The notes beneath the pieces are model-generated. The model made no database searches and was not told the DNA's origin. It was given only the letters and a program-made list of their open reading frames with translations. A DNA stretch of 34,884 nucleotides, taken from a virus. The number at the start of each line of letters is the position of its first letter. The stretch's first letter is position 1. The translations under genes were made by a program, and so were the position numbers. Positions 14,233 to 23,428 of the stretch are shown one piece after another. The stretch is from positions 1 through 34,884 of IMG/VR virus record IMGVR_UViG_3300045988_174060. One strand, 5' to 3'.

Positions 14233-15369
14233 ATGCCACGCACTTACCACATCGACATCGACTCCTACATTGGCTACCCCATAAGCAAGGGGTACATAAA
14301 GAGCAAGCTGCAGCCCATGAAGGGCAAGCCCTGCAACGTGCGCGTCAACTCCTACGGGGGCGACGTGCAGACGGCCCTCGACATCAGACAACAATTCATT
14401 GACCACGGACAGGTCACCGCCTACATCATAGGCATGACGGCCAGCGCGGCCACCATACTGGCCATGGGTGCGCGCAAGGTGGTGATGAGCCGCTACGCGC
14501 TGATGCTTGTGCACCCCTGTTCGGCCGCCGTGAGCACTTGGGGCTACTATAACAAGGAGGAACTTGCCAAGGCCATTGAGGGGCTGCGCAAGGCTCAGAC
14601 CGACCTCAAGACGCTCGACCGCGTGGTGGCCTCGATATATGCCGCCAAGGTGGGCAACGGCAATGTCGACAGCATGGCGGCCCTCATGCATGAGGCGCGA
14701 TGGATAGGTGCCGAGGAGGCGCTGCGCCTTGGCCTCATTGACGAGATTGACCCCGACGAAGAGCAGCCCGACCCCGCCAAGGAGCCCATGACCGACGCAC
14801 AGCGCGAGCACATTGTGGCATGCGGGCTGCCTGTGCCAACTTTCGGCATGGCGGCTGGAAGCATGGCGGCCGAAAGCACTGAGGCTGGAAGCACTGAGGG
14901 CACTGCCGCCGCCACCATCACCACCACGGCCGAACAGCAAATGCGTAAGTCGATAGGCGAGGCGGTGCGCGATTTTTTTGAAACCCTTTTTGCGCGCGCC
15001 GCCAAGCCATCTTGCGCCGCCAAGCCGCAGGGCGCGGCCGCTGCCACCACCGACAGCAAACCTCATAACACAAACAACACCATAATGAACGAACAAACCA
15101 TCACCCCCGCCACCCTGTGCGCCAAGCTCGGCGTGGCACACATCACCGCCACCGACGACAAGGTGACATTCACCACCGAGCAGATTGACGCGCTCGAAAA
15201 GGTGATCAAGGCTCTGGACGATGAAAAGAATGAGGCCGAAGCCAAGCTCAACGCCACCGACGGCGACACTACAAACTCTGCCAAGCCAAGCACCGAGGCC
15301 GACGAAGGCACAGCACTGCCGGGTGCCGAGGCATGCGACTTTTACCGCAAGTACGGCTCCCTCATTTAA
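14233..15369 (+). CDS. ClpP-family (S14) prohead protease fused to an Ala/Thr/Glu-rich scaffold-like C-terminal half
   Basis: 378 aa from the ATG at 14233 (MPRTYHIDIDSY...). Ser motif GMTASAATIL and His motif MLVHPCS. The C-terminal half is low-complexity with a coiled-coil segment (EQIDALEKVIKALDDEKNEAEAKL). Confidence 0.8.
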   Translation: MPRTYHIDIDSYIGYPISKGYIKSKLQPMKGKPCNVRVNSYGGDVQTALDIRQQFIDHGQVTAYIIGMTASAATILAMGARKVVMSRYALMLVHPCSAAVSTWGYYNKEELAKAIEGLRKAQTDLKTLDRVVASIYAAKVGNGNVDSMAALMHEARWIGAEEALRLGLIDEIDPDEEQPDPAKEPMTDAQREHIVACGLPVPTFGMAAGSMAAESTEAGSTEGTAAATITTTAEQQMRKSIGEAVRDFFETLFARAAKPSCAAKPQGAAAATTDSKPHNTNNTIMNEQTITPATLCAKLGVAHITATDDKVTFTTEQIDALEKVIKALDDEKNEAEAKLNATDGDTTNSAKPSTEADEGTALPGAEACDFYRKYGSLI

Positions 15370-15414
15370 CCAACTCATCAACTCTTAAACTCTTAAACTT
15401 CTAAACTCTACACA
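15370..15414 (+). repeat. Composite intergenic element, right arm only (copy f)
   Basis: CAACTCATCAACTCTTAAACTCTTAAACTTCTAAACTC. It is G-free and abuts the ATG at 15415. Confidence 0.7.
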
Positions 15415-16380
15415 ATGGCAAAAACTATCACCACCCTCGAGGCACTGCAGAAGAGTGCCACCCGCTACGAGAAGGAACTCCTCATCATGCCGGCCACATC
15501 GGCCGGTGCCACGCTCCAGCACATGACGGGCATGCCCGGCTTGCTTGGCGACGTGGTGCTCGGCCAGCTTGACGGCGATGCCGAACTCGGCCCGTACAAG
15601 AGCACACGCTCGGCCGACGGCAACTTTACCATCGCCCCGCGCGAGCTCGAGCTATTCCTTGGCAACTGTGCCTACGGCTTCGACCCCAACGACGTGTGGG
15701 GCACCATCTACGGCTCGCTTGTGGCACAGGGCGAGTCGCTCAAGACGGTGGACGTGAACAAGTACATCCTCATGTTTGTGGCCGGCAAACTTGGCCGCAA
15801 GCTCAACATGGCCATCTGGGGCGCAAAGCGCAACGCCGATGGCGACAGCACAAAGGACTTGTTCAACGGTTTCGACACCATCACCGCCACCGAGGCCACT
15901 GCGGGCAACATTGCCGCAGGCAAGGGCAACTACATGGAGCTGACGGCCGCCATCGACAAGACTAACGCCATCGACACATTCAACGCCATCTACGCCGCCG
16001 CCGATGACGAGCTGCAGGGCCAGAAGGCTAAAATATATGTGTCGAAGGACATTTACAACGCCTACAACCAGAACTACCAGTTGTTGCACGGCTCGCTGCC
16101 TTACAACACGGAGTTCAAGAAAACCTTCCTCGAGGGTTCGGACAACCTGTGGGAGTTCTGCCCGCTGGCATCAAAGAAGGGCTCGCAGTACATACACATT
16201 GCCCCGCAGAGCAACATGGTGTACGGCTACGGCGCTGGCGACAACCCCGGCGAGCGTCTGGCCATCGAGAAGTACTCATCATGGAAGCTCACCCTCGAGG
16301 CTGCAATGGCCTTCGGCGTGCAGTTCCGCAGCCTGAGCCCCGAAATGCTCATGGTGGCCAAACTCAAGGGCGGAGAATGA
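15415..16380 (+). CDS. Major capsid protein (probable)
   Basis: 321 aa, immediately downstream of the protease-scaffold gene. The call rests on size and position. No motif was verified. Confidence 0.65.
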   Translation: MAKTITTLEALQKSATRYEKELLIMPATSAGATLQHMTGMPGLLGDVVLGQLDGDAELGPYKSTRSADGNFTIAPRELELFLGNCAYGFDPNDVWGTIYGSLVAQGESLKTVDVNKYILMFVAGKLGRKLNMAIWGAKRNADGDSTKDLFNGFDTITATEATAGNIAAGKGNYMELTAAIDKTNAIDTFNAIYAAADDELQGQKAKIYVSKDIYNAYNQNYQLLHGSLPYNTEFKKTFLEGSDNLWEFCPLASKKGSQYIHIAPQSNMVYGYGAGDNPGERLAIEKYSSWKLTLEAAMAFGVQFRSLSPEMLMVAKLKGGE

Positions 16381-16548
16381 GTTGAAAAGTTGAAAAGTTG
16401 AAAAGTTAAGAGGTCACCTCTGCGAGTTCGACCTCTAAAACTGACCTCTTAACTCTTAAACTCTTAAACTTTTCAACTTAAATCCCTCCGAGCCTGACAT
16501 TCCTCTTAACTTCTCAACTCTTAAACTCTTAAACTTAAAAAACTCCCC
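16381..16548 (+). repeat. Composite intergenic element, copy g (GAGTTC) with a second module
   Basis: The left arm is GTTGAAAAGTT three times. Core ACCTCTGCGAGTTCGAC at 16416-16432. Module-2 box CAACTTAAATCCCTCC...GACATTCCTCTTAAC at 16474-16510. Confidence 0.9.
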
Positions 16549-17172
16549 ATGGCAGTACAAACCCCCACAACCACCCCCTGCGCCAACGGCGCACCCTTCA
16601 GCAGTCTGCGCTTCTGCGCCGGCCAGCGCGTTATACCCGGCATTCGCACCGCGGTATACTACACAGCAAAGGAAAACATCACGGCATGGCCCACCCTGCC
16701 CCAGCCCACCGACAAGGACGTGACACTGGCCAAACTCGCCACCTACGACGGCAACTTCACACTAAAGGCCGACAAGAAGTGGCAGCGCATTGACCTCGTA
16801 ACAAATAAAGGCAACGTTGAATGGGAAACTCAGGGCGAGCGCCCCTCGTGCACATTCCTCAACAAACTTACAGCCAGCCACCCCGGCACGGCCGAGGAGG
16901 CGGCAGGTTTTTGCTCGGTGGCGCAGAACGCCGACCTCGTGTTCCTGGTGCAGCAGCGCGACGGCAAGTTCCGCGTGCTGGGCAACGAAATGTTCGAGAC
17001 GGTGGTGAAACCCAAAGGCTCGCTCGGCGAGGGCACAAGCACCAACGCGAGCACCGACATCGAAATCGAAGCCACCGACGTGGTGCCGGCTCCCTTCTAC
17101 CCCGGCGAAATCGACACCGCCGACGACGGCAAGATTAGCGGCGCCACGGGCAAGCCGGTGGTGGCAGCGTAG
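16549..17172 (+). CDS. Structural-module hypothetical protein
   Basis: 207-aa ORF between two repeat elements. Confidence 0.6.
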   Translation: MAVQTPTTTPCANGAPFSSLRFCAGQRVIPGIRTAVYYTAKENITAWPTLPQPTDKDVTLAKLATYDGNFTLKADKKWQRIDLVTNKGNVEWETQGERPSCTFLNKLTASHPGTAEEAAGFCSVAQNADLVFLVQQRDGKFRVLGNEMFETVVKPKGSLGEGTSTNASTDIEIEATDVVPAPFYPGEIDTADDGKISGATGKPVVAA

Positions 17173-17295
17173 CTCTGAGTTCTGAGTTTTAAGGTTATGA
17201 GGTTATAAAGTCACCTCTGCGAGTTCGATAGCACAAAGTAACTTTATAACCTTATAACCTCAAAACTCAAAACTAAACTTATAAACTTAAACACT
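17173..17295 (+). repeat. Composite intergenic element, copy h (dialect B)
   Basis: Left arm GAGTTCTGAGTTTTAAGGTTATGAGGTTATAAAGT. Core ACCTCTGCGAGTTCGAT at 17213-17229. Right arm AACTTTATAACCTTATAACCTCAAAACTC. Confidence 0.85.
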
Positions 17296-17829
17296 ATGCT
17301 CGACCCCGAATTTACCCAACAACTGCAGGCGTACCTTGCCAAGCCGTCAGATGAACGCGACGTGAGGCAAGGGGCCCTGCTCTTGTTACGCATCAACTCC
17401 AACCGCTACCTCTACGCCTGTGCCTGTGCGGCCCCCGCGCGCTACGCCGACACCATAGCCTACGAACTGAACAAGCACCTGCGCATACGCCTCGACGGAC
17501 TGACGCGGCAGGACGTGGCCACCATGGAGCAAGAGGCGCTGCCGCTCATTGAGCAGAGCATCAGCCAAGGCGCGCCCGTCATCAGCACCGACGCCGACCA
17601 CCCCAAGGGCCAGTACCGCGGCCGCCGCCCCGACCACGACAAGCTGCCCGACCACATCAAGAAGCTGTACGACGACAACGGCGAGCTTTACTTCAAGATG
17701 AAGCAGGCCTTTGAAACGCTCAAGACCATGGCCGACAAGGAGCCGTGCGACCGCTACGAACTGCTCAAACTGCTCAAAAAGGCTGATGAGAGGTACAGGC
17801 TGAATTGGGAGGCATACGATAAGTTCTGA
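17296..17829 (+). CDS. Structural-module hypothetical protein
   Basis: 177-aa ORF. Confidence 0.6.
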   Translation: MLDPEFTQQLQAYLAKPSDERDVRQGALLLLRINSNRYLYACACAAPARYADTIAYELNKHLRIRLDGLTRQDVATMEQEALPLIEQSISQGAPVISTDADHPKGQYRGRRPDHDKLPDHIKKLYDDNGELYFKMKQAFETLKTMADKEPCDRYELLKLLKKADERYRLNWEAYDKF

Positions 17830-18139
17830 GTTTGGCTTAGTTTGGAGTTCTAAGGTTATGAGGTTATAAAGTAACCTTTAAGAGTTGGGCTCGCAGAGGT
17901 AACTTTATAACCTCATAACCTCAAAACTCCAAACTAAAAGAACCTCAAAACTCCGAACTAAAAGAACCTCAAAGCTCCAACCTCTTAAAGGTAACTTTAT
18001 AACCTCATAACCTCAGAACTCCAAACTAAAAGAACCTCAAAACTCCGAACTAAAAGAACCTCAAAGCTCCAACCTTTTAAAGGTAACTTTATAACCTCAT
18101 AACCTCAGAACTCAAAACTAAACCCCTCCAAACTTTACG
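17830..18139 (-). repeat. Composite intergenic element, copy i: core inverted and right arm expanded
   Basis: GCTCGCAGAGGT at 17889-17900 is the reverse complement of ACCTCTGCGAGC. This is the only inverted core. At 310 bp it is the second-longest backbone spacer carrying the element (8316-8686 is 371 bp). Confidence 0.85.
17898..18125 (+). repeat. Tandem repeat, 92-bp unit, about 2.5 copies
   Basis: Units start at 17898, 17990 and 18082. The two full units differ at 2 positions. Each unit begins GGTAACTTTATAACCTCATAACCTCA and contains an internal duplication of about 22 bp (AACTCCRAACTAAAAGAACCTCAAA). Confidence 0.9.
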
Positions 18140-18709
18140 ATGACCGACACCCTCGCCGACCGCGCGCAACGCTACCTCATGGCCTCTGCCGAAGAGATGC
18201 AGAAGGCAGGCCTGCCCTCATACATGCAGGCCCGCTTGTTCCGCCTCAGGGAGATGTATGCCTACTGGCTGCAAAACCCCCGCATGGTGGACAAGGACAT
18301 TGTGGGCGTGCTGCGCCAGAAGTACGGCCTTGGCCTGTCGCAAGCCTATGAGGACGTGCGCTGCATCAAGATATGCCTGGGCAACCTCGGGCGCATCACC
18401 AAGGACTACGACCGCTGGCTATTCCGCGAACGGTGCGAGGAGGGCTGGCAGATGGCACGCGAGGCGGGCGACGCCAAAGCCTTTGCCGCTGTCACGGCCA
18501 CCTACCTCAAGGGCACGCAGCTCGACAAGGAGGACTCAGCCGCCCCCGACTATTCGAGCATCACCCCGCAGCAGTTCGTCATATCGGCCGACCCCGCCGT
18601 GGCTGGCTTCAAGGTGGTGCCCGGCATCATCGAGAAGGCAAAGCGGCTCGAGGCGCGCTACGTGCAGGAGTTTGAGGAGGTTGACAACCACACCCCACCC
18701 ACACCATGA
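18140..18709 (+). CDS. Structural-module hypothetical protein
   Basis: 189-aa ORF. Confidence 0.6.
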   Translation: MTDTLADRAQRYLMASAEEMQKAGLPSYMQARLFRLREMYAYWLQNPRMVDKDIVGVLRQKYGLGLSQAYEDVRCIKICLGNLGRITKDYDRWLFRERCEEGWQMAREAGDAKAFAAVTATYLKGTQLDKEDSAAPDYSSITPQQFVISADPAVAGFKVVPGIIEKAKRLEARYVQEFEEVDNHTPPTP

Positions 18710-19116
18710 CACGCTACATCACCCACATAAGCCTTGCCCCCGCCGCCAGCATGGGCCAGCTCACCCTCGGCCCCGACGGGCACACGGCCGCCCTCAACAC
18801 CAAGGGCGCACAGTGGCACACCGTGCCCACCACGGGCCTTGCGGCCATGGAGGTGAACGACGAGGTGGCCGACGGCCGCCACACATGCTCGGCCAAGCTC
18901 ACCGCCACGCTGTGCGGCCGCTACACCCCCATGGCCGGCCCTGTGGCCGTGCTGCTCACCTGTGCCGACGGCACACGCCTGCTCCTGGGTACGGGCGAAA
19001 GGCCCATGCCCGCCGTCACGCTGCCCGACACGCTGCCCGACAAGGCGGCCGAACGCTCGGCGCAAACGATAACAGTCAGCTACGCAGCAAGGCCGCTGGC
19101 CTTGATGGGTAGCTGA
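18706..19116 (+). CDS. Structural-module hypothetical protein
   Basis: 136 aa. ATGA overlap with the upstream gene. Confidence 0.55.
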   Translation: MTRYITHISLAPAASMGQLTLGPDGHTAALNTKGAQWHTVPTTGLAAMEVNDEVADGRHTCSAKLTATLCGRYTPMAGPVAVLLTCADGTRLLLGTGERPMPAVTLPDTLPDKAAERSAQTITVSYAARPLALMGS

Positions 19117-19118
19117 CA

Positions 19119-19261
19119 AGTTGAAAAGTTTATAAGTTTATGAGGTTACCTCTGCTTGTCAAACTCATAAAAGCGCCCTCTTAACTTCTCAACTCCTCAA
19201 CTTTTCAACTCAGAAAACCGACCTCATAAACTCCTCAACTTCTAAACTTCTCAACTTTATA
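19119..19261 (+). repeat. Composite intergenic element, copy j (TTGTCA)
   Basis: Core ACCTCTGCTTGTCAAAC at 19148-19164. Confidence 0.85.
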
Positions 19262-20632
19262 ATGACGAACTTCGACCAACTACGCGACACTGCCGCCACC
19301 ATACGCGACGAAAAGGCACGCTACGCCAACACCGCCAACCGTGTGGGCACACTGCTCTACAACATGTGCCTGGCCATGGCCGACACCGACGCCGCCGCAT
19401 CGGCCGACCACCCCATAACGCAGGGCCTCGGCCAGTGGCTCACCACCCACGACAACCTGACCACCCTCGACGCCCTGAACGCCGCGCTCGACGCCATGAA
19501 CGTGGACTCCCCCCAGGGCCTGCACCGCTTCAAGTGCCTCGACATACCGGTGCTCACCTACTTCGGCGTGCTCGTGAAGGACACCAAGCGCTATGTGCAG
19601 ATAGCGGTGGGGGCTTTCACCCTCAACACGCATGGCACCGCGCTGGCCTCGATCAACGACACAGCATCAACGCGCAACGTGATAGTGCGCTACTTTAACG
19701 GCACCAAGTGGCAGGCATGGCAGCCCCTGCAGCCGCAAAAGCAAACGTCGTACTCGGGCTACAACGGCAACTATGTATACTCCGAAGGCACGACCGACAA
19801 CACGCGCACCATACTGAGCAGCAAAATGTGGACTTATACACACGGCGACCGCAACTTGTTTTTACGCTTCAAGCACTGGGGCGCAGAGAACAACACTGAG
19901 ACAAGCCAATACAGTCAAGTGCTGCTATGCTATTTGGTGAACAGGAACCAAGACGGGCTGATGGATAAGTATGTGTTTGCCCGCATTCTGAATAACAATC
20001 TTGCAGAAGGGCTGAGCACTACGGACAGCGTAATTGTTAACTACACAAACTTTGCCGAGAGTGGCAACAAGCAACTTGTACTCACCAAGGCCACAAGCGC
20101 CAAGGCGGGCGTCATGACGGCCGCACAGGCCACGCAGCTGAGTGCGCTGGACGAAGGCATAAAGCAAGTGAGCCTGAACGGCGGCAAAAAGTGGGAGTTC
20201 CGCACCCTCGGGGGCGAAAAGGTGTTGGAAACGCTCTCCGACGTAATGGGCGAGGAGGTAAGCCACTCCGACTTCGAGAACGCCGAACTCGCCACCTACA
20301 TGGAGGGCAACCCCATCGAGGTGTACCAAACGCAGGGTGCCTACGGTGTGCCTGCGCAAAAGTACATGATATGGTTCGGCCACCGCATCAAGGGCGCCAG
20401 CGGCACACTGCAGCGCTACGACTTCAAGACCATTGCCGGCATGGAGCCGCTCGCGTTGTACTACAGAGTGCCACAGGGCACCGCGATGCACTTCTGGACT
20501 CTGACCAATGGCCATGCCATTGCCTACAAAGGCTCGGGGGGCCTCACGGCGCAACTGAGTACCGCGCCCTACATCATGAGCACCAACGACAAGGCGGTGC
20601 TCGAAAAGTTGAGGGGGCAGTTGAAAAGTTGA
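19262..20632 (+). CDS. Structural-module hypothetical protein
   Basis: 456-aa ORF. The last codons (KLRGQLKS-stop) are encoded by left-arm repeat units. Confidence 0.65.
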   Translation: MTNFDQLRDTAATIRDEKARYANTANRVGTLLYNMCLAMADTDAAASADHPITQGLGQWLTTHDNLTTLDALNAALDAMNVDSPQGLHRFKCLDIPVLTYFGVLVKDTKRYVQIAVGAFTLNTHGTALASINDTASTRNVIVRYFNGTKWQAWQPLQPQKQTSYSGYNGNYVYSEGTTDNTRTILSSKMWTYTHGDRNLFLRFKHWGAENNTETSQYSQVLLCYLVNRNQDGLMDKYVFARILNNNLAEGLSTTDSVIVNYTNFAESGNKQLVLTKATSAKAGVMTAAQATQLSALDEGIKQVSLNGGKKWEFRTLGGEKVLETLSDVMGEEVSHSDFENAELATYMEGNPIEVYQTQGAYGVPAQKYMIWFGHRIKGASGTLQRYDFKTIAGMEPLALYYRVPQGTAMHFWTLTNGHAIAYKGSGGLTAQLSTAPYIMSTNDKAVLEKLRGQLKS

Positions 20633-20725
20633 AAAGTTAAGAGGTAACCTCTGCTTGCCCCAACTCTTAAAACCGACATCTTAACTCTTAAACTCTTAAA
20701 CTCATAAACTTAAAAATCCTCCTCT
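20604..20725 (+). repeat. Composite intergenic element, copy k (TTGCCC); left arm inside the upstream CDS
   Basis: Left arm AAAAGTTGAGGGGGCAGTTGAAAAGTTGAAAAGTTAAGAGGT. Core ACCTCTGCTTGCCCCAAC at 20647-20664. Confidence 0.85.
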
Positions 20726-20977
20726 ATGACCAAAGAAGACCGTACAAAATACCAAGTTTACTCGGCGCTGGCCATGCTCCTTGCGGGTGTGGCACTGAGT
20801 GTGGCGGGGTTCCTGGTGCCCCCGGTGGGCGAGATCAGCGACTCGGTGCTGTGGTTCTTTGCCCAGTGCCTCATTTATGCCGGCTCAATATTCGGCGTGA
20901 GCATCTACGTGCAAAGCAAGTTCACCGAGCTGAAAGAAGAAATAAACAACCGCAAAAACATTGACAAGAGTAGTTGA
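20726..20977 (+). CDS. Holin candidate (two TM segments)
   Basis: 83 aa. TM1 VYSALAMLLAGVALSVAGFLV and TM2 VLWFFAQCLIYAGSIFGVSIYV, with a charged C-terminal tail. Lies directly upstream of the amidase. Confidence 0.55.
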   Translation: MTKEDRTKYQVYSALAMLLAGVALSVAGFLVPPVGEISDSVLWFFAQCLIYAGSIFGVSIYVQSKFTELKEEINNRKNIDKSS

Positions 20978-21117
20978 AAAGTTTATGAGTTGAAAAGTTA
21001 AGAGGTTACCTCTGCTTGCCCAACTCTTAAAAGCGTCCTCTTCACTTGTCAACTTATAAACTCTTAAAAGCGACCTCTTAACTCATAAACTTATAAACTT
21101 ATAAACTTTTCCATTCC
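20970..21117 (+). repeat. Composite intergenic element, copy l (TTGCCC)
   Basis: The holin stop TGA lies inside GTTGAAAAG. Core ACCTCTGCTTGCCCAAC at 21008-21024. Confidence 0.85.
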
Positions 21118-21540
21118 ATGCTTGACCCCCGACAAATCAAATACCTCATAGTGCACTGCACCGCCACCGCCCGCGGCAAGGACTTCACCGCCGCCGACGT
21201 GGACCGCTGGCACCGCCAGCAGGGGTGGGACATGATAGGCTACCACTACCTGGTGCGACTCGACGGCACCATAGAGCCCGGCCGCCCCGAAACCATGCAG
21301 GGCGCACACTGCAAGGGCTACAACCGCCAGAGCCTGGGCATATGCTACGTGGGAGGGCTCGACGCCCAGGGCCGCCGCCCCGAGGACACCCGCACCACGG
21401 CACAGGTGGCAGCCCTTGGCGCACTGCTCAAACGGCTGCGCCGCAAGTACCCCAAGGCCCGCATCGTGGGCCACCACAACCTTAACCCCGGCAAGGCGTG
21501 CCCATCGTTCGACGCCCGTGCCGAATATGCCGACCTATGA
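21118..21540 (+). CDS. N-acetylmuramoyl-L-alanine amidase (Amidase_2/PGRP, T7-lysozyme-like endolysin)
   Basis: 140 aa. Motifs IVHCTAT, GYHY and GHHNL..GKACPSF match the Zn-ligand pattern H...H...C of the T7 lysozyme family. Confidence 0.9.
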   Translation: MLDPRQIKYLIVHCTATARGKDFTAADVDRWHRQQGWDMIGYHYLVRLDGTIEPGRPETMQGAHCKGYNRQSLGICYVGGLDAQGRRPEDTRTTAQVAALGALLKRLRRKYPKARIVGHHNLNPGKACPSFDARAEYADL

Positions 21541-22019
21541 CCCACACCCCACACCCCAACCCATTAAGGCGGCTTACACTCGTAACCCTTGGCCGCGTGG
21601 CCACCATGGCGGCCCTGCTCGCCCTGCTTGCCTTCACGGCCACAAGTTGCCGCCAAGTGCACTACATCACCACCAACCGCACCACCCACACCACCGACAC
21701 GGTGGAGCGCTGGCACGTGAGGCTCGACTCTGTGCTCGTGGCCGACTCGGTGAGCCTCACTCAGTGGCAGCGGGACGACACCGTATATGTCGAAAAAACG
21801 CGCCTCAAAATTCGTAACCGTGTAACTCTGCAGCACGACACGCTGTGGCGCACTGCCATCAGGCACGACACCATCAGCACCGAGGCCAAGCCCGCCAAGG
21901 CCGGCACGGGGGGCAGAATTCTACAAAATCGGTCGAATTTTGCCAACACCCTCAAACGGCTCATCGTGCTGGTGCCCCTTGTGCTGCTCTGCGTGTATAT
22001 GAAGAAACGCAAGCTCTAA
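21537..22019 (+). CDS. Lipoprotein with a C-terminal TM segment; unimolecular-spanin-like candidate
   Basis: 160 aa from the ATG at 21537, which overlaps the amidase stop as ATGA. Signal peptide and lipobox-like LLAFTATSC. C-terminal hydrophobic segment LIVLVPLVLLCVY followed by MKKRKL. Confidence 0.5.
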   Translation: MTHTPHPNPLRRLTLVTLGRVATMAALLALLAFTATSCRQVHYITTNRTTHTTDTVERWHVRLDSVLVADSVSLTQWQRDDTVYVEKTRLKIRNRVTLQHDTLWRTAIRHDTISTEAKPAKAGTGGRILQNRSNFANTLKRLIVLVPLVLLCVYMKKRKL

Positions 22020-22127
22020 TGGGGGCGTTTCTTCAAGCTGCACCTTCTTACCCGCGGGAAAGTTTCCAAACTTTTAAGGGTTGGAAAGTTTCAGCCCGCC
22101 CTTGCTAAATCCGAAAATTGGAACCTT

Positions 22128-22175
22128 GGCATTCCTCTTAACTTTTCAACTCCTCAACTTATAAACTTAAAACTC
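22128..22175 (+). repeat. Composite intergenic element, right arm only (copy m)
   Basis: GGCATTCCTCTTAACTTTTCAACTCCTCAACTTATAAACTTAAAACTC, directly before the ATG at 22176. Confidence 0.7.
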
Positions 22176-23255
22176 ATGCTCCGCCTCACCACCACACTGC
22201 CCACCCTGGCCTTTGCCACCGAGATACAGGACCTCGGCTTCAGCGGCGGCACCCCCGGCACACCGTGCCACATAAGTATCACCCTCGGAGGGGCCGTGGT
22301 GCTCGACATCTACCTCACACCCGACACCGCGGGCCGCTTTGCCCTGCACGACCTTGGCTGGCTGATTAGCACATACGCCATGGCCACACAGGGCAAGTGG
22401 CTCACCGAGCTGCGCATAGAGGCCGACAAAAAGCTGCTTGCCACCGTGAGCATCATGCCCTGCCGCCAGCGGCTCTACATCAACGGGGCCGACTTTGTGC
22501 AGCGTTCCTTCCTCACCATGGCGGGCGGCGGCTGCAAGGTGGTGCCAAAGCTGGCCACCGAGCGCCTTGTGTGGAAGCCGTCGGACGAGGAGCGAAAGCA
22601 GGAGCGCCCCGTGAGTGTGCGCGTCACCCTGATGGACCTCACTACGGGAAAAACCCGCCGCATAGGCAGCGAGTTCAGGGCCGAGGAGTACAACGACGAA
22701 CTGCTCTGCTACAACACCTCGCCCGCCTACATTGTGGGCAACCTCGAGCAGTACGGCCCCTTGAGCGGCGCCACAAGCCAGCCCGTGGGCTACGACGTGA
22801 CGGTGGGCCAGCGCACCATGCGCTACCGCCTCGCCCCATGGGACGCGGACGCCGCACCCGTCACCACGCTCGACTTTACCAACGTGTTTGGCCTGTCGGA
22901 CTCCTTGTATCTGTATGGCGAGGTGGAGGAAGCACTCAAGCCCACCTACACGCAGGTGGTGGTGGGCGGCTCGGCCTACAACGCCAACGTGGAGGCGCAG
23001 GCCGAATTCAAGGCCACCACGGGTGCACTGAACGCGGCCGAGGTGGCTCTCATCAAGGACGTGATGACGGCGCGCGAGGTGTGGCACGACGACACGCCCG
23101 TCACCATAACCGCTGCCGAACTCAAAGGCTCGAATGCCTACAACACGGCCGACTCGGCCACGCTGACGTGGCGCGAGAGTCAGGGCGGCTTGGCGGTGCT
23201 CACACCGCTGCCCGTGCGCACGTTCGACGGAACTTTCGACGAAACGTTTTTATAA
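22176..23255 (+). CDS. Structural-module hypothetical protein
   Basis: 359-aa ORF. Confidence 0.65.
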   Translation: MLRLTTTLPTLAFATEIQDLGFSGGTPGTPCHISITLGGAVVLDIYLTPDTAGRFALHDLGWLISTYAMATQGKWLTELRIEADKKLLATVSIMPCRQRLYINGADFVQRSFLTMAGGGCKVVPKLATERLVWKPSDEERKQERPVSVRVTLMDLTTGKTRRIGSEFRAEEYNDELLCYNTSPAYIVGNLEQYGPLSGATSQPVGYDVTVGQRTMRYRLAPWDADAAPVTTLDFTNVFGLSDSLYLYGEVEEALKPTYTQVVVGGSAYNANVEAQAEFKATTGALNAAEVALIKDVMTAREVWHDDTPVTITAAELKGSNAYNTADSATLTWRESQGGLAVLTPLPVRTFDGTFDETFL

Positions 23256-23428
23256 GTTGAAAAGTTTAGGAGTTGAAAGGTTAAGAGGATACCTCTGCGA
23301 GTTCAACTCTTAAAAGCGACCGCTTAACTCTTAAACTCTTCAACTTCTCAACTTAAAATTCCTCCTCGCCAGACATTCCTCTTAACTCTTCAACTTCTAA
23401 ACTTTTCAACTTAAAACCCCCTCCCCCT
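23256..23428 (+). repeat. Composite intergenic element, copy n (GAGTTC) with a second module
   Basis: Core ACCTCTGCGAGTTCAAC at 23291-23307. Module-2 box at 23349-23386. Confidence 0.9.

Noticed and set aside
18258-19112. Long alternative-frame plus-strand ORFs. Examples: 5514-6311, 9379-9792, 11178-11615, 18258-19112, 22397-23260 and 32509-33510.
   Set aside because: They are Pro/Arg/His-rich products of compositional bias that overlap better-supported frames. None starts after an intergenic element or a promoter.
22001-22100. A GAAGAAACGC/GCGTTTCTTC hairpin and repeated GGAAAGTTTC motifs after the spanin-like gene, as a terminator or a diverged left arm.
   Set aside because: The loop is 14 nt and there is no T-tract. 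The similarity to the GTTGAAAAGTT units is marginal, so it is not listed as a feature.
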